In this document: piece by piece, positions 11,251 through 21,142 of the stretch
Layout: each line of letters begins with the position of its first letter
How positions within the stretch are numbered: the stretch's first letter is position 1
Assembly: GCA_963764165.1 (NCBI GenBank)
Contig: CAVXRD010000005.1
Location: 1-64,000 of the forward strand
Source of the DNA: an uncultured Verrucomicrobiae bacterium
GTDB taxonomy: Bacteria; Verrucomicrobiota; Verrucomicrobiia; Limisphaerales; Palsa-1400
Direction: 5' to 3'
DNA: 64,000 bases
Translations under genes and position numbers: made by a program
Notes under the pieces: generated by a model
Told to the model about the DNA's origin: nothing
Seen by the model: the letters and a program-made list of their open reading frames with translations, nothing else
The model's database searches: none

Positions 11251-12230
11251 TTATCAGTCGCACGCCATTGCGGATGAGCTTTGTGGGCGGTGGATCGGAT
11301 TTGCCGGTCTTCTACCGGCGTTTTGGCGGCGCGGTCATTTCCACCGCGATCAACCAATTTGTCTACGTCACCGTCAACAAAAAATTCGACCACAAAATTC
11401 GCGTCAGCTATTCGCGAACCGAGGAGGCCACTTCGGTCGGGCGCATCCGGCATCCGCTGGTGCGGGAGGCGATGAATCTGCTTGGATTGGAAGGCGGGAT
11501 TGAGATCACATCCGTCGCGGATATTCCAGGAAAAGGCACGGGGCTGGGAAGTTCGAGTTCTTTCACGGTGGGATTGCTCAACGTGCTGCACGCCTACACC
11601 GAGCGCCACGCCGGCGCGGAGCAACTGGCCAGCGAAGCCTGCGAAATCGAGATTGGCCGCTGCGCTGAGCCCATCGGCAAACAGGATCAATACGCGGCGG
11701 CCTACGGCGGGCTCAATTTCATTCGCTTTTATCCGGACGATTCGGTGGTGGTGGAGCCGGTCATTTGCCGGCGCTCGACCCTCGAGCAGATTCAATCCAA
11801 CATTCTCACCTTTTACACCGGCATCACACGAAGCGCCTCCACCATATTGCGCCATCAGCAAGCCGCTGTGGCGTCCGAGAAGAAAAAGCAAAACGTGCTA
11901 AGGCGCATGGTCGAGCAGGCCGAGCAATTGCGCGCGGCGCTGCAAGCCAACAAGACGGATGCGTTTGGAGAAATCCTGCATGAAGGCTGGATGCTCAAGC
12001 GCGGCATCACCGCCGGCATCAGCAACGACGCCATCAACGATTGGTACACGCGCGCCCGCGGCGCCGGCGCCATCGGCGGGAAGCTGCTGGGCGCAGGCGC
12101 AGGCGGATTCATGATTTTTTACGCCCCGCGCGAGCGCCACGAAGCCATTGTCAAAGCCCTCGCCGACTTGCGCCAGGTGGATTTCCGATTCGAGCCACAC
12201 GGCAGCCGCATCATCTTTGTCCACCATTGA
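11247..12230 (+). CDS. hddA: GHMP kinase, D-glycero-alpha-D-manno-heptose 7-phosphate kinase-like
   Basis: RTPLRMSFVGGGSD, GTGLGSSS, IGKQDQY, GGKLLGAGAGG. Confidence 0.85.
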   Translation: MIISRTPLRMSFVGGGSDLPVFYRRFGGAVISTAINQFVYVTVNKKFDHKIRVSYSRTEEATSVGRIRHPLVREAMNLLGLEGGIEITSVADIPGKGTGLGSSSSFTVGLLNVLHAYTERHAGAEQLASEACEIEIGRCAEPIGKQDQYAAAYGGLNFIRFYPDDSVVVEPVICRRSTLEQIQSNILTFYTGITRSASTILRHQQAAVASEKKKQNVLRRMVEQAEQLRAALQANKTDAFGEILHEGWMLKRGITAGISNDAINDWYTRARGAGAIGGKLLGAGAGGFMIFYAPRERHEAIVKALADLRQVDFRFEPHGSRIIFVHH

Positions 12231-12241
12231 AAGAAGGCAAA

Positions 12242-12345
12242 AGGTAGGGACGCCTCGCCGAGGCGTCCGGTTGCGTGGGATTAGTTCCACGGCCCGCGAA
12301 TATACCACGCCCCGACCCGGACGCCTCGGCGAGGCGTCCCTACCT
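12242..12345. repeat. Intact REP doublet (family A)
   Basis: AGGTAGGGACGCCTCGCCGAGGCGTCCGG and its exact inverted copy. Confidence 0.9.
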
Positions 12346-12452
12346 CGCTTCGCGACCAGAATCTCGCCCATTTCCAATCACACTTCGCGAATGAGTTCGG
12401 CCAATTAATTCACTTGCGTTCATTCGTTTGCGGGCGCTTTGATAATCGCACT

Positions 12453-13319
12453 ATGTCAGCACGAAAATTCATTCTTACAGGCGTCTTGTGCGCCCTCACT
12501 GCTCTTCAACTTTCCGTTTCCGCCATGGACTCGATTCCGCCGAAATACGACATCGGCGGATTTGCCCTTGGCTGCCAGGCCTACACGTTCAACAACTACA
12601 CCGCATTCGAGGCCATCGATAAAACTGTCGAGGCCGGCGGGAAAATCATTGAGTTTTATCCAGGCCAGCGTCTCTCGAAAGATCGCGGCGACGCGAAGCT
12701 CGATCATAATATGTCCGAAGCTGACTTGGACGCCCTCAAGGCCAAGCTCGCGGAATCCGGCATCATCGCTGTCAACTACGGCGTGGTCGGCGGGCGCGAC
12801 GAGGCGGAGTGGCGGAAGATTTTTGAATTTGCGCGGAAGCTGAATCTTTACGGGATTACGACGGAATCTGTCGGGCAGCTTGATATGATTGAGAAGCTGG
12901 TGAAGGAATTCGACATCCGTGTCGGCATTCACGAGCACGGCCGCCGCGACAATGATTCCAATTACAAAGTGTGGGATCCGAAATATGTTTTGTCCGTGGT
13001 GAAGGACCGCGACAGCCGCATTGGCGCCTGCGCGGACACCGGCCACTGGATGACGTCGAATCTCGACCCGTTGGAATCTCTCAAACTGCTGCGTGGCCGC
13101 GTCATCAGTTGCCATTTGAAAGACAAAAACGTGATGGGGCCAGAGGGCCATTGCGTTCCATTTGGAACCGGCGTGGGCAAAACAAAAGAACTGCTGGAGG
13201 AATTAAAATCACAAGGCTTCAAGGGAAACATCTCCATTGAATACGAATACAACTGGAAAAATTCCGTTCCCGATGTGAAAAAGTGCATCGAATTCGTCCG
13301 CGACGCCGGAACGAAATAG
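12453..13319 (+). CDS. Exported sugar phosphate isomerase/epimerase (TIM barrel)
   Basis: Signal peptide from ATG 12453; IHEH, DTGHW, HLKD, SIEYE metal-binding motifs. Confidence 0.85.
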   Translation: MSARKFILTGVLCALTALQLSVSAMDSIPPKYDIGGFALGCQAYTFNNYTAFEAIDKTVEAGGKIIEFYPGQRLSKDRGDAKLDHNMSEADLDALKAKLAESGIIAVNYGVVGGRDEAEWRKIFEFARKLNLYGITTESVGQLDMIEKLVKEFDIRVGIHEHGRRDNDSNYKVWDPKYVLSVVKDRDSRIGACADTGHWMTSNLDPLESLKLLRGRVISCHLKDKNVMGPEGHCVPFGTGVGKTKELLEELKSQGFKGNISIEYEYNWKNSVPDVKKCIEFVRDAGTK

Positions 13320-13329
13320 AGAGCCCGGT

Positions 13330-14259
13330 TTACGGGCGCCGAAGGAATTCCGCCACGCGATCCAGCGCGGCGCGGGCGCTGAACAACTGTTCAGTGCAAA
13401 GTTGGAAAACATGATGCAAATCCTGCCAGATTTCCAATTGCACTTCCGCCCCGCGTTCCGCCGCCGCCTTCGCGTAACGGCGCGAATCGTCAAGAAGCAA
13501 TTCGTCCTGGGCCACTTGGATGAGGATCGGCGGCATTCCCTCGGCGATGCCAAACAGCGGCGAGGCGCGGGGATCGAGCGGTGAGGCATGCCTCAGGTAT
13601 CGCTGGGCAGATTTTTGAACTGCCGCGAGTTGCATAAGCGGGTCGGGAAAATTGATCGTGCTGCCGCTTATGGTCAGATCCGTCCAAGGCGAGAACACGA
13701 CGCACTTTGAGAGCTTGAGATGCGGGAAGTAGTCCGACCGCTGTCGCTCGACGAGACCCGCCGCAGCCGCCAACGCCAATCCGCCGCCGGCAGAATCTCC
13801 ACAGACGGCCAGGCGGCGGATTCCCTGCTGCTCCAGCCATGCCACCGCTTTGAAACAATAATCATAGGCGCCGGGAAATGGCGACTCCGGCGTGAGCGGA
13901 TAATCCAAAGCGAAAACGCTGATGCTCGCGCGGCAGGCAATCTGGCTGCAAAAACCACGATAGGCCTTGGCGCTGCCAATCAAATACGCCCCGCCGTGAA
14001 GATACAAAATAGCATCGTGAGCGCGGGCATTCCGCGGCACACTCCAACAGCCGCGAACAGGCTCAACGGCTTCCTCGAACCGCACGCCCGGCGCCTCCGG
14101 TGTCATGCTGGTATAACGATCAAACGTCGTGCGAAGATCTTCTTTCTTCTCGAGAAACATGGAGCGGATGCTCTCGCGACATGACCGCGCCTGCGCGGCG
14201 TCTTGCGGATCGAGAGGAATGGTGGTGGATTTGAGCCCCCGGCCTTTCGTGACTTCCAT
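13330..14259 (-). CDS. Alpha/beta hydrolase (HSL-family esterase)
   Basis: LHGGAY oxyanion motif, GDSAGG nucleophile, SPW.DL, HVF. Confidence 0.9.
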   Translation of the reverse strand: MEVTKGRGLKSTTIPLDPQDAAQARSCRESIRSMFLEKKEDLRTTFDRYTSMTPEAPGVRFEEAVEPVRGCWSVPRNARAHDAILYLHGGAYLIGSAKAYRGFCSQIACRASISVFALDYPLTPESPFPGAYDYCFKAVAWLEQQGIRRLAVCGDSAGGGLALAAAAGLVERQRSDYFPHLKLSKCVVFSPWTDLTISGSTINFPDPLMQLAAVQKSAQRYLRHASPLDPRASPLFGIAEGMPPILIQVAQDELLLDDSRRYAKAAAERGAEVQLEIWQDLHHVFQLCTEQLFSARAALDRVAEFLRRP

Positions 14260-14372
14260 AACGCGCCAACTATATCACAGTGCGAAAAAAAGTCTTCACC
14301 ACTCTGGCTCTCCCGGTTCGCTTTTTGATTGGATATATCCAAGGGCCCCGCTTTATAGATTGTGAAGGGCAA

Positions 14373-15227
14373 ATGAGTCTTTTCCACCATTTCGCATTTC
14401 GGCAAACGCGGACTCGGCGCGCCGCGGTATTCGTATTGACCGGCTGTGCGGCCCTGGCCGCCATGGCTCAGCCGGCGTTTCTCGATATTATGGCGCGCGA
14501 AAGCAGCGACTTTGCGGAAATTAGAAGACATGCCGAAGCTGGCGATGCAGCCGCCGAGGTGCGATTGGGTGAGATATTGGCTTCCCGATTGCGGTTCGTG
14601 GATGCGATGGCCTGGTTTCGAAAAGCAGCGGACCAAGGAAACATCGAAGGCCAGTTTCACGCAGGCAACATGCTGTTGCGCGGCGCCTATGGCGGCAGCG
14701 GGCAAATCATCAAAGCGAGTCCCGCCGAAGCGCTTCCGTGGACGTTCAAGGCCGCAACGAGGGGACACGCCGGGGCATGCGGCGACATGAGTTACGCCTA
14801 CCAGAACGCGGCCGGCGTCGACCGCGATCTCGTGTCTGGCTACGCATGGCTGCAACTTTGCGGGGATTTATCGCCGGGAATGAATCCTCGCCGATATGAC
14901 CTGAACGAACTCGCCCTGCGCATGAGCACGGCGGACGTCGACAGGGCAAAAGCTCTGGCGGCGAAATTCAAATCCGGGCAATGGCAATTTCCAGTTCTTC
15001 GCGCCATCCCCAATGGCGATCCCCGCCTGAAATTGAACGGAATTACAATCAGCTCCAGGAAATCGCTTGCGATTATCAACGGTCAAACTGTTTCCGAGGG
15101 CGAGACGTTCACAATCAATTTGAAGCCGGATAAATTCTCCGTGAAATGCCTGAAAATCGACACGAATTCAGTGCTCATCATGCTTGAGGAAGAGTCCCAG
15201 CCGCGAGAGCTGAAGCTGACCAAGTAA
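14373..15227 (+). CDS. Sel1-repeat protein with C-terminal GspB/PilP-like beta domain
   Basis: A..WFRKAADQG, KAATRGH, YAWL Sel1 motifs; LKLNGI....LAIINGQTVSEGE tail; start uncertain. Confidence 0.7.
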   Translation: MSLFHHFAFRQTRTRRAAVFVLTGCAALAAMAQPAFLDIMARESSDFAEIRRHAEAGDAAAEVRLGEILASRLRFVDAMAWFRKAADQGNIEGQFHAGNMLLRGAYGGSGQIIKASPAEALPWTFKAATRGHAGACGDMSYAYQNAAGVDRDLVSGYAWLQLCGDLSPGMNPRRYDLNELALRMSTADVDRAKALAAKFKSGQWQFPVLRAIPNGDPRLKLNGITISSRKSLAIINGQTVSEGETFTINLKPDKFSVKCLKIDTNSVLIMLEEESQPRELKLTK

Positions 15228-15228
15228 C

Positions 15229-16578
15229 TCAGCGCTTCGGCATACCGGGCATTCCCGGCATGGCGCCCATCCGCGACATCATTTTTTGGAATTTGCCCAT
15301 CTTCCGCATCATCTGCTGCATCTGGGTGAACTTGTTCAGCATATTATTGACAGCGGAGACTTGAACGCCGCTCCCTTTCGCGATGCGGATGCGGCGCTTG
15401 GCGTTGAGGATCTGCGGGTTGCGCCGCTCGTGAACTGTCATCGCGCAAATCATGCCTTCCATGCGCTTGAATTCCTTTTCCTGCTTCCCGAGGTCGGCGT
15501 TTTTGAGCATCTCGGATCCGCCGGGCAGCATGCCGACCACGCTTTCGAGCGAGCCGAGCTTTTTCATCTGGCGCAATTGATCCAGAAAATCTTCCAGCGT
15601 GAACTGGCCTTTGCGCATCTTTTCCTCAAGCTTGCGCGCCTCCTCCACATCCACCGCCTCGGCGGCTTTTTCGACGAGGCTGACGACGTCGCCCATCCCG
15701 AGAATGCGCGAGGCGATGCGCTCCGGGTGGAAGGGCTCGAAATCCTCCACCTTTTCGCCGACGCCGGCGAACTTGATCGGCTTGCCCGTCACCGAGCGCA
15801 GGCTCAAGGCCGCGCCGCCGCGGGCGTCACCATCCAATTTCGTCAGAATCGCGCCCGTGATATTCAGCGCCTGGTCAAAATGCGTGGCGACGTTCACCGC
15901 TTCCTGCCCAGTCGCGGCGTCAAGAACAAGGAGAATTTCCTGCGGCTTGACCAAATCGCGCAAACGCACCAATTCCTTCACCAGCGGCTCATCAATTTGC
16001 AGGCGGCCGGCTGTGTCAAATATAAGTGTGTTGCGATTGCTCGCGCGCGCAAAATCAAGGGCTTCGCGGGCGATTTTGAGGACGTCCGTCTCGCCTTTGC
16101 GGGCGAACACGGGTATGTCGATTTGCTTGCCGAGCGTCTCCAATTGATCCATGGCCGCCGGCCGGTAAACGTCCGCCGCCACCAGCAGCGGGGTGCGCGC
16201 TTGCTTGTGGAGCAGGCGAGCCAGCTTGGCGCTGGAGGTCGTTTTGCCGGAGCCATGCAAACCCACCATCATGACGCAGCTCGGGTTCCCGGAAAGCGCC
16301 AGTCCCGCATTGGTTGAGCCGAGCAATTTGACCAGCTCGTCATGGATGATCTTGATGATTTGCTGGCCAGGCTGGACGCTGACGAGCACTTCCTGCCCGA
16401 GCGCCTTTGTTTGGACGTCCTGGATGAAATCACGGGCGACCTTGAAATTAACATCGGCGTCGAGCAGCGCCATGCGAACCTCGCGCAAGGCCTCGCCGAC
16501 GTTGGATTCGGAGATTTTGCCGATGCCGCGGATATTGCGGAAGGCTTTCTGTAATTTTTCGCTTAATCCGTCGAACAT
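15229..16578 (-). CDS. ffh: Signal recognition particle protein
   Basis: GLHGSGKTT, DVYRPAA, DTAGR, TKLDGDARGG, Met-rich M domain. Confidence 0.98.
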   Translation of the reverse strand: MFDGLSEKLQKAFRNIRGIGKISESNVGEALREVRMALLDADVNFKVARDFIQDVQTKALGQEVLVSVQPGQQIIKIIHDELVKLLGSTNAGLALSGNPSCVMMVGLHGSGKTTSSAKLARLLHKQARTPLLVAADVYRPAAMDQLETLGKQIDIPVFARKGETDVLKIAREALDFARASNRNTLIFDTAGRLQIDEPLVKELVRLRDLVKPQEILLVLDAATGQEAVNVATHFDQALNITGAILTKLDGDARGGAALSLRSVTGKPIKFAGVGEKVEDFEPFHPERIASRILGMGDVVSLVEKAAEAVDVEEARKLEEKMRKGQFTLEDFLDQLRQMKKLGSLESVVGMLPGGSEMLKNADLGKQEKEFKRMEGMICAMTVHERRNPQILNAKRRIRIAKGSGVQVSAVNNMLNKFTQMQQMMRKMGKFQKMMSRMGAMPGMPGMPKR

Positions 16579-16670
16579 GGATTCAATTTAGAGTCCAGCC
16601 ATGAAACCGCAACTTTGAAGTCGCTTGCGGCGGCGCAAATTCCTATCCTTTTCGAAAAACAAACGCGCTT

Positions 16671-17174
16671 ATGAAGAAACTCTTTTTCGTTCTCTCGATT
16701 TTCGTCTTTGTGCTGACGCCGGTTTTTGGCGCAGATGATCCGTGGAAACCTTTCGCATTTATGATGGGAGAATGGACCGGCAGCGGCTCGGGAAAGCCCG
16801 GCGAAGGCACGGGTGAATTTTCGCTGAAGGAGGATTTGGGCGGAAAAATCCTCATTCGCCGCAACCACAATGAATATTCGCCAAAGGCCGGCCAGCAAAA
16901 GGGAACGGCACACGACGATTTGATGATCATATATCCGCCGCAAGGCGGCGGTTCATATCAGGCGGATTATTTTGACAGCGAAGGACACGTCATTCACTAC
17001 ACCGTTTCGTTTCCAGCCGGGAAGGTGGTGCTCGTGAGCGATGGCTCGGCTGGCCCGCGCTTTCGCCTGGCCTATTCCAAGAAATCGGACTCATCCCTCG
17101 GAATCGATTTCGAGGTCGCCCCGCCGGGCCAGGATTTTCGCCCGTATCTAAGCGGCACCGTTGCGAGGAAGTGA
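16671..17174 (+). CDS. Exported hypothetical beta-barrel protein
   Basis: Signal peptide MKKLFF..; GEWTG, YFDSEGHVIHY motifs. Confidence 0.75.
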   Translation: MKKLFFVLSIFVFVLTPVFGADDPWKPFAFMMGEWTGSGSGKPGEGTGEFSLKEDLGGKILIRRNHNEYSPKAGQQKGTAHDDLMIIYPPQGGGSYQADYFDSEGHVIHYTVSFPAGKVVLVSDGSAGPRFRLAYSKKSDSSLGIDFEVAPPGQDFRPYLSGTVARK

Positions 17175-17349
17175 GCAAAATGAAAAGCCCGGGACATTAT
17201 TCCAGAATTCGCTGGTGTTTATGCAGGGAAGTGAAGCGGCGATTGGTGCTCGCGTTTTGAAGTGGCGCGCCAATTTGCGCTGGCGGAGGGGATTGCCTGC
17301 TTCACGGCTATGGTCGGAACTGGCGGGCCGCCGAAACCGAGTCATCCGT

Positions 17350-17485
17350 TGGGTTTTGAGGACACGGTGAATTTGCCCGACGGCGGCTGGCGGCCTTGGT
17401 GCGGAAAAATGCCTCAGATTCACGTCGTCGCAGGCGACCACACCTCGATTCTGAAACCGCCGCACGTCCTCGACCTTGCGAAGTT
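17350..17485 (+). pseudogene. Remnant of a thioesterase-domain C-terminus (NRPS/PKS TE-like)
   Basis: DGGWRPW....IHVVAGDHTSILKPPHV.DLA; no upstream GxSxG-containing part; followed by a REP. Confidence 0.5.
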
Positions 17486-17510
17486 TTGTCCGCGAAGCCA
17501 TCGATCCGGG

Positions 17511-17570
17511 AGGCAGGGACGCCTCGTTTGCCGCGCCCAAGCATTACCGAAGGCGGGCCGAGGCGTCCGG
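17511..17570. repeat. REP (family A) with a 31-bp insert
   Basis: AGGCAGGGACGCCTCG[insert]CCGAGGCGTCCGG. Confidence 0.75.
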
Positions 17571-17829
17571 GATGAGAATTCTCCAAAACAAATTTTCGCG
17601 CATTGAACCAATGAACTGGGCGGGGCGAGGCTCCAGCCGAGCCACGCCTTGCTTAGTCTTTGCACGCGTCTCCGCCAGGAGATGCGTCCGTCGGCTTGCG
17701 TCCATCGCCCACTTTCAAATCATACCCTCACGCGCCATCCGCGCAAACTCGGGCTTTTCTTTTCCTGTCAAGCCGGGCAATCTTCGGAATCGTTCGGCCC
17801 TGTGCGGGGCCGTGGAAAGCTGAAAGGCC

Positions 17830-18939
17830 ATGGAAGAAAAAACCGCAGCAAGTCCGCCAGCTTCGCCTCCGGCGCAGCGTCCTCCTGTCTCTGAAATTCC
17901 TTCGGCGCCCCCGCCTCGGCGGAGATTTCGTCCGGGCATTTTTATCGTTCTTCTGCTGCTGGCCGGGGTCATTGTCGCAGTCTATCTGTATTACAAGCGC
18001 GACGTCGCGCCTTACGAGGATACGGATGACGCCTTCATTGAAAGCTACGTGACGTTTGTCAGCCCGCGGGTGGCCGGACCGGTGGTGAAATTGCTTATTG
18101 TTGACAATCAACTGGTCAAGGCTGGCGATGTTTTGCTCGAGATTGATCCGCGCGATTATCAAATGGCCGTCGATCAAGCGGTGGCCGATATTGCCACCGC
18201 CAACGCCCGCATTCATCAGGCGGAATCACAAATTCTTGTCGACCAGGCGCGGGCCGAACAGCAGCAGGCCGCGGTGATCGCGGCGCAAGCGACGGCCGAG
18301 CGGGCCGAGGCCGACCGCAAACGTTATCTGGCCGTGAAAAGCGAGGCTGTCTCAGGCACGCAGCTCGATCTGGCCAAGACCCAGGCCAGTTCTTCCGCCG
18401 CCGAAGTCGACGTCGCGCGCGGCCAGGCCAAGGCGGCGCTGGCGCAAGTCGAATTCGACAGGGCGGACGTGGAAACGGCGCGCGCCCAGGTGCAGCAGGC
18501 CCAGACTCGTCTTGACACCGCGAAGCTCCAGCTTTCCTACACCAAAGTCACCGCGCCCCGCGACGGCCTTGTGACCCGCCGGACGGTGGAGGATGGCGCG
18601 TTTTTGCAAATCGGCGAAGCGCTGCTGGCCATCGTCCCCGACGAACGCTGGGTGGTGGCGAATTTCAAGGAAACACAACTGGAATACATGCGGCCAGGCC
18701 AGCCAGTGACCATCCGCATCGACGCGTATCCGCAGCACGAATTCAAAGGCAAAGTCGACAGCCTGCAAGCGGGCTCGGGGGCGAGATTTAGTTTGCTGCC
18801 GCCGGAAAACGCAGTCGGTAATTATGTGAAAGTCGTCCAGCGCGTGCCGGTGAAAATTATATTTGATGAAAAAATCGACTTGACGAATTACGACATTGCC
18901 CCCGGCCTGTCGGTCGTCCCAAAGGTAAGGGTGCAATGA
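17830..18939 (+). CDS. EmrA/HlyD-family membrane fusion protein
   Basis: TM anchor, TDDAFI, ANFKETQL, FSLLPPENA.GNYVKVVQRVPV. Confidence 0.93.
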   Translation: MEEKTAASPPASPPAQRPPVSEIPSAPPPRRRFRPGIFIVLLLLAGVIVAVYLYYKRDVAPYEDTDDAFIESYVTFVSPRVAGPVVKLLIVDNQLVKAGDVLLEIDPRDYQMAVDQAVADIATANARIHQAESQILVDQARAEQQQAAVIAAQATAERAEADRKRYLAVKSEAVSGTQLDLAKTQASSSAAEVDVARGQAKAALAQVEFDRADVETARAQVQQAQTRLDTAKLQLSYTKVTAPRDGLVTRRTVEDGAFLQIGEALLAIVPDERWVVANFKETQLEYMRPGQPVTIRIDAYPQHEFKGKVDSLQAGSGARFSLLPPENAVGNYVKVVQRVPVKIIFDEKIDLTNYDIAPGLSVVPKVRVQ

Positions 18940-20495
18940 GCGAGACGACGTGGCGCCCGCGTGTCAATCCCTGGCTGATCGCGCCCGCGGTGATGCTGGC
19001 GACGTTTATGGAGGTGCTTGACACGTCGATCGCCTCGGTCGCCCTGCCCTACATCGGCGGCAATCTCGGCGCGACGCCGTCGGAAGCGACGTGGGTGCTG
19101 ACCAGTTATCTTGTTTCCAACGCGATCATTCTTCCGGCCAGCGGCTGGCTTTCAAAATATTTCGGGCGCAAACGGCTGCTGATCACTTGCATCATTATTT
19201 TTTCGGTGTCGTCGTTTTTGTGCGGCGCGGCGACTAATTTGCCAATGCTGATCATCGCGCGCGTCATGCAGGGCGCGGGCGGCGGCGCGCTGCAGCCGCT
19301 GGCCCAGTCGATCATGCTGGAGAGTTTCCCCCCGGCGCAGCGGGGCACTGCCATGGCCGTATACGGCATTGGCGTTATTTGCGCGCCAATTCTTGGCCCG
19401 ACACTCGGCGGCTGGCTGACGGACACATGGTCGTGGAGATGGGCGTTCTACATTAACATTCCTGTCAGCATCGTCGCCGTGATCATGATTTCCATGCTGG
19501 TGGAAGATCCTCCGTGGATTCGCGATGCCAAGGCCGGGAAAATCGATACGGTCGGCATTGGATTCATGGCCCTCGGCTTGTCGAGCCTGCAAATTCTTCT
19601 CGACAAGGGGCAGGAGATGGATTGGTTCGGCAGCGTTTGGATGCGCTGGATGGCGGTCATCACCGTCATATCGCTGGGTTTCTTCGTCTTCTGGGAATTG
19701 ACGATCAAGGAACCCATAGTGAATCTGCGGGTGCTCAAAAATCGAAATTTTGGGGTGGCATGCGCGTTGTTTTTCATGTTCGGCGCGGCCTTGTATGGCC
19801 TGATCACGCTGCAACCGCTATTCCTCCAGACGCTGCTTGGCTACACGGCGCTGACGGCGGGTTTGACGGTGACGCCACGCGGCGTGGGGGCGTTGGGAGC
19901 GTTGTTTGTGGTGGGAGCGATCGCCTCCAAAGTGAGCGGACGGTATCTGACGGCGGTGGGCTTCTTCATTTTTGCGATCAGCGCCTGGATGTTCAGCCGG
20001 ATGTCGCTCGACATGGCGCGCACGAGCATCATCTGGCCCAACATGGTGAGCGGATTGGGCACTGGATTTATCTTTGTGCCGCTGACAACAGTCGGCATGG
20101 GCACCTTGCGCAATGACCAAATCGGCAACGCGGCGGGCATTCAGAATCTGTTGCGCAACATTGGCGGCAGCGTCGGCATTTCCTACGTGTCAACGATGCT
20201 GGATCGCCTCGGGCAAACCCATCAGGCTTTCATGGTCTCGAGCGTCTCAACCTTGAACCCGATCTACCGGCAGCAACTGGCGGGACTTCAATCGACCTTG
20301 CAGCCGCATTTTGGCGCGGTCGGCGCGCATGTCCGTGGAGAGACGATGATTTACAACCTGGTGCATCAGCAGACCAGCTATTGGTCGTTCATCGATTTGT
20401 TTTATTCGTTCATGTGGCTTGGCTTGGCGGCGGGCCTGGCGGTTTTTCTGCTGAAGGAGGTTAAATCAACCGGCGGTCCAGTGGCCGTCCACTAA
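18936..20495 (+). CDS. DHA2 (EmrB/QacA) MFS efflux permease
   Basis: FMEVLDTSIA.VAL, WV.TSYL, GPTLGGWLTD..SWRWAFYIN; many TM segments. Confidence 0.93.
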   Translation: MSETTWRPRVNPWLIAPAVMLATFMEVLDTSIASVALPYIGGNLGATPSEATWVLTSYLVSNAIILPASGWLSKYFGRKRLLITCIIIFSVSSFLCGAATNLPMLIIARVMQGAGGGALQPLAQSIMLESFPPAQRGTAMAVYGIGVICAPILGPTLGGWLTDTWSWRWAFYINIPVSIVAVIMISMLVEDPPWIRDAKAGKIDTVGIGFMALGLSSLQILLDKGQEMDWFGSVWMRWMAVITVISLGFFVFWELTIKEPIVNLRVLKNRNFGVACALFFMFGAALYGLITLQPLFLQTLLGYTALTAGLTVTPRGVGALGALFVVGAIASKVSGRYLTAVGFFIFAISAWMFSRMSLDMARTSIIWPNMVSGLGTGFIFVPLTTVGMGTLRNDQIGNAAGIQNLLRNIGGSVGISYVSTMLDRLGQTHQAFMVSSVSTLNPIYRQQLAGLQSTLQPHFGAVGAHVRGETMIYNLVHQQTSYWSFIDLFYSFMWLGLAAGLAVFLLKEVKSTGGPVAVH

Positions 20496-20506
20496 AATCC
20501 TCATAT

Positions 20507-21142
20507 ATGAAACGCATCATTGTTGTGGAACGGGAATTCGGAGCGGGAGCGGGAACTATTTCCGACATGCTCGCGCATCAACTCGGCTGGAAATTGCTCG
20601 ATCACGCTTTGAGCGAGGAGATCGCCAAGCTGGCCAAGGTCAGCACGGAAACCTGCCAGAGCCGGCAGGAGAAAATGGACCCGTGGCTTTACCGGCTGGC
20701 CAAGGTTTTCTGGCGCGGGAGCCACGAACGGATGGTCATGCTGCCGGATGCCGATGTGATTGACGCGGATCGCCTGGTCTGCCTCTCGGAAACCGTGATT
20801 GAAAAAGCCGCACAAGAGGGAAATTGCGTCATCGTCGGCCGGGCGGCGGCCTATTTTTTGCGCGAGCGAAAGGACACGTTCTGCGTCTTCCTTTACGCGC
20901 CGCGTGATTACAAATTCCAACGCATCCTGAAGGAAGTGAAAAATGAATCCGAAGCGCTGCACCTCCTCGATACTGTCGACAAGGAACGCATCGAATTCAT
21001 CCGCCACTACTACAAAGCCGAGTGGCCCGCCCGCCATTTGTATCATGCGATGCTCAACACAGCGGCGGGCGAGCAGGCCACTGTGGACACCATTATCAAG
21101 CTGATGGGCGAAGCCGATCCGGGAAAGGACGCTGCAAAATGA
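20507..21142 (+). CDS. Cytidylate kinase-like family protein
   Basis: I.V.REFGAGA, GNCVIVGRAA, D.ER..F...YY motifs. Confidence 0.85.
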   Translation: MKRIIVVEREFGAGAGTISDMLAHQLGWKLLDHALSEEIAKLAKVSTETCQSRQEKMDPWLYRLAKVFWRGSHERMVMLPDADVIDADRLVCLSETVIEKAAQEGNCVIVGRAAAYFLRERKDTFCVFLYAPRDYKFQRILKEVKNESEALHLLDTVDKERIEFIRHYYKAEWPARHLYHAMLNTAAGEQATVDTIIKLMGEADPGKDAAK

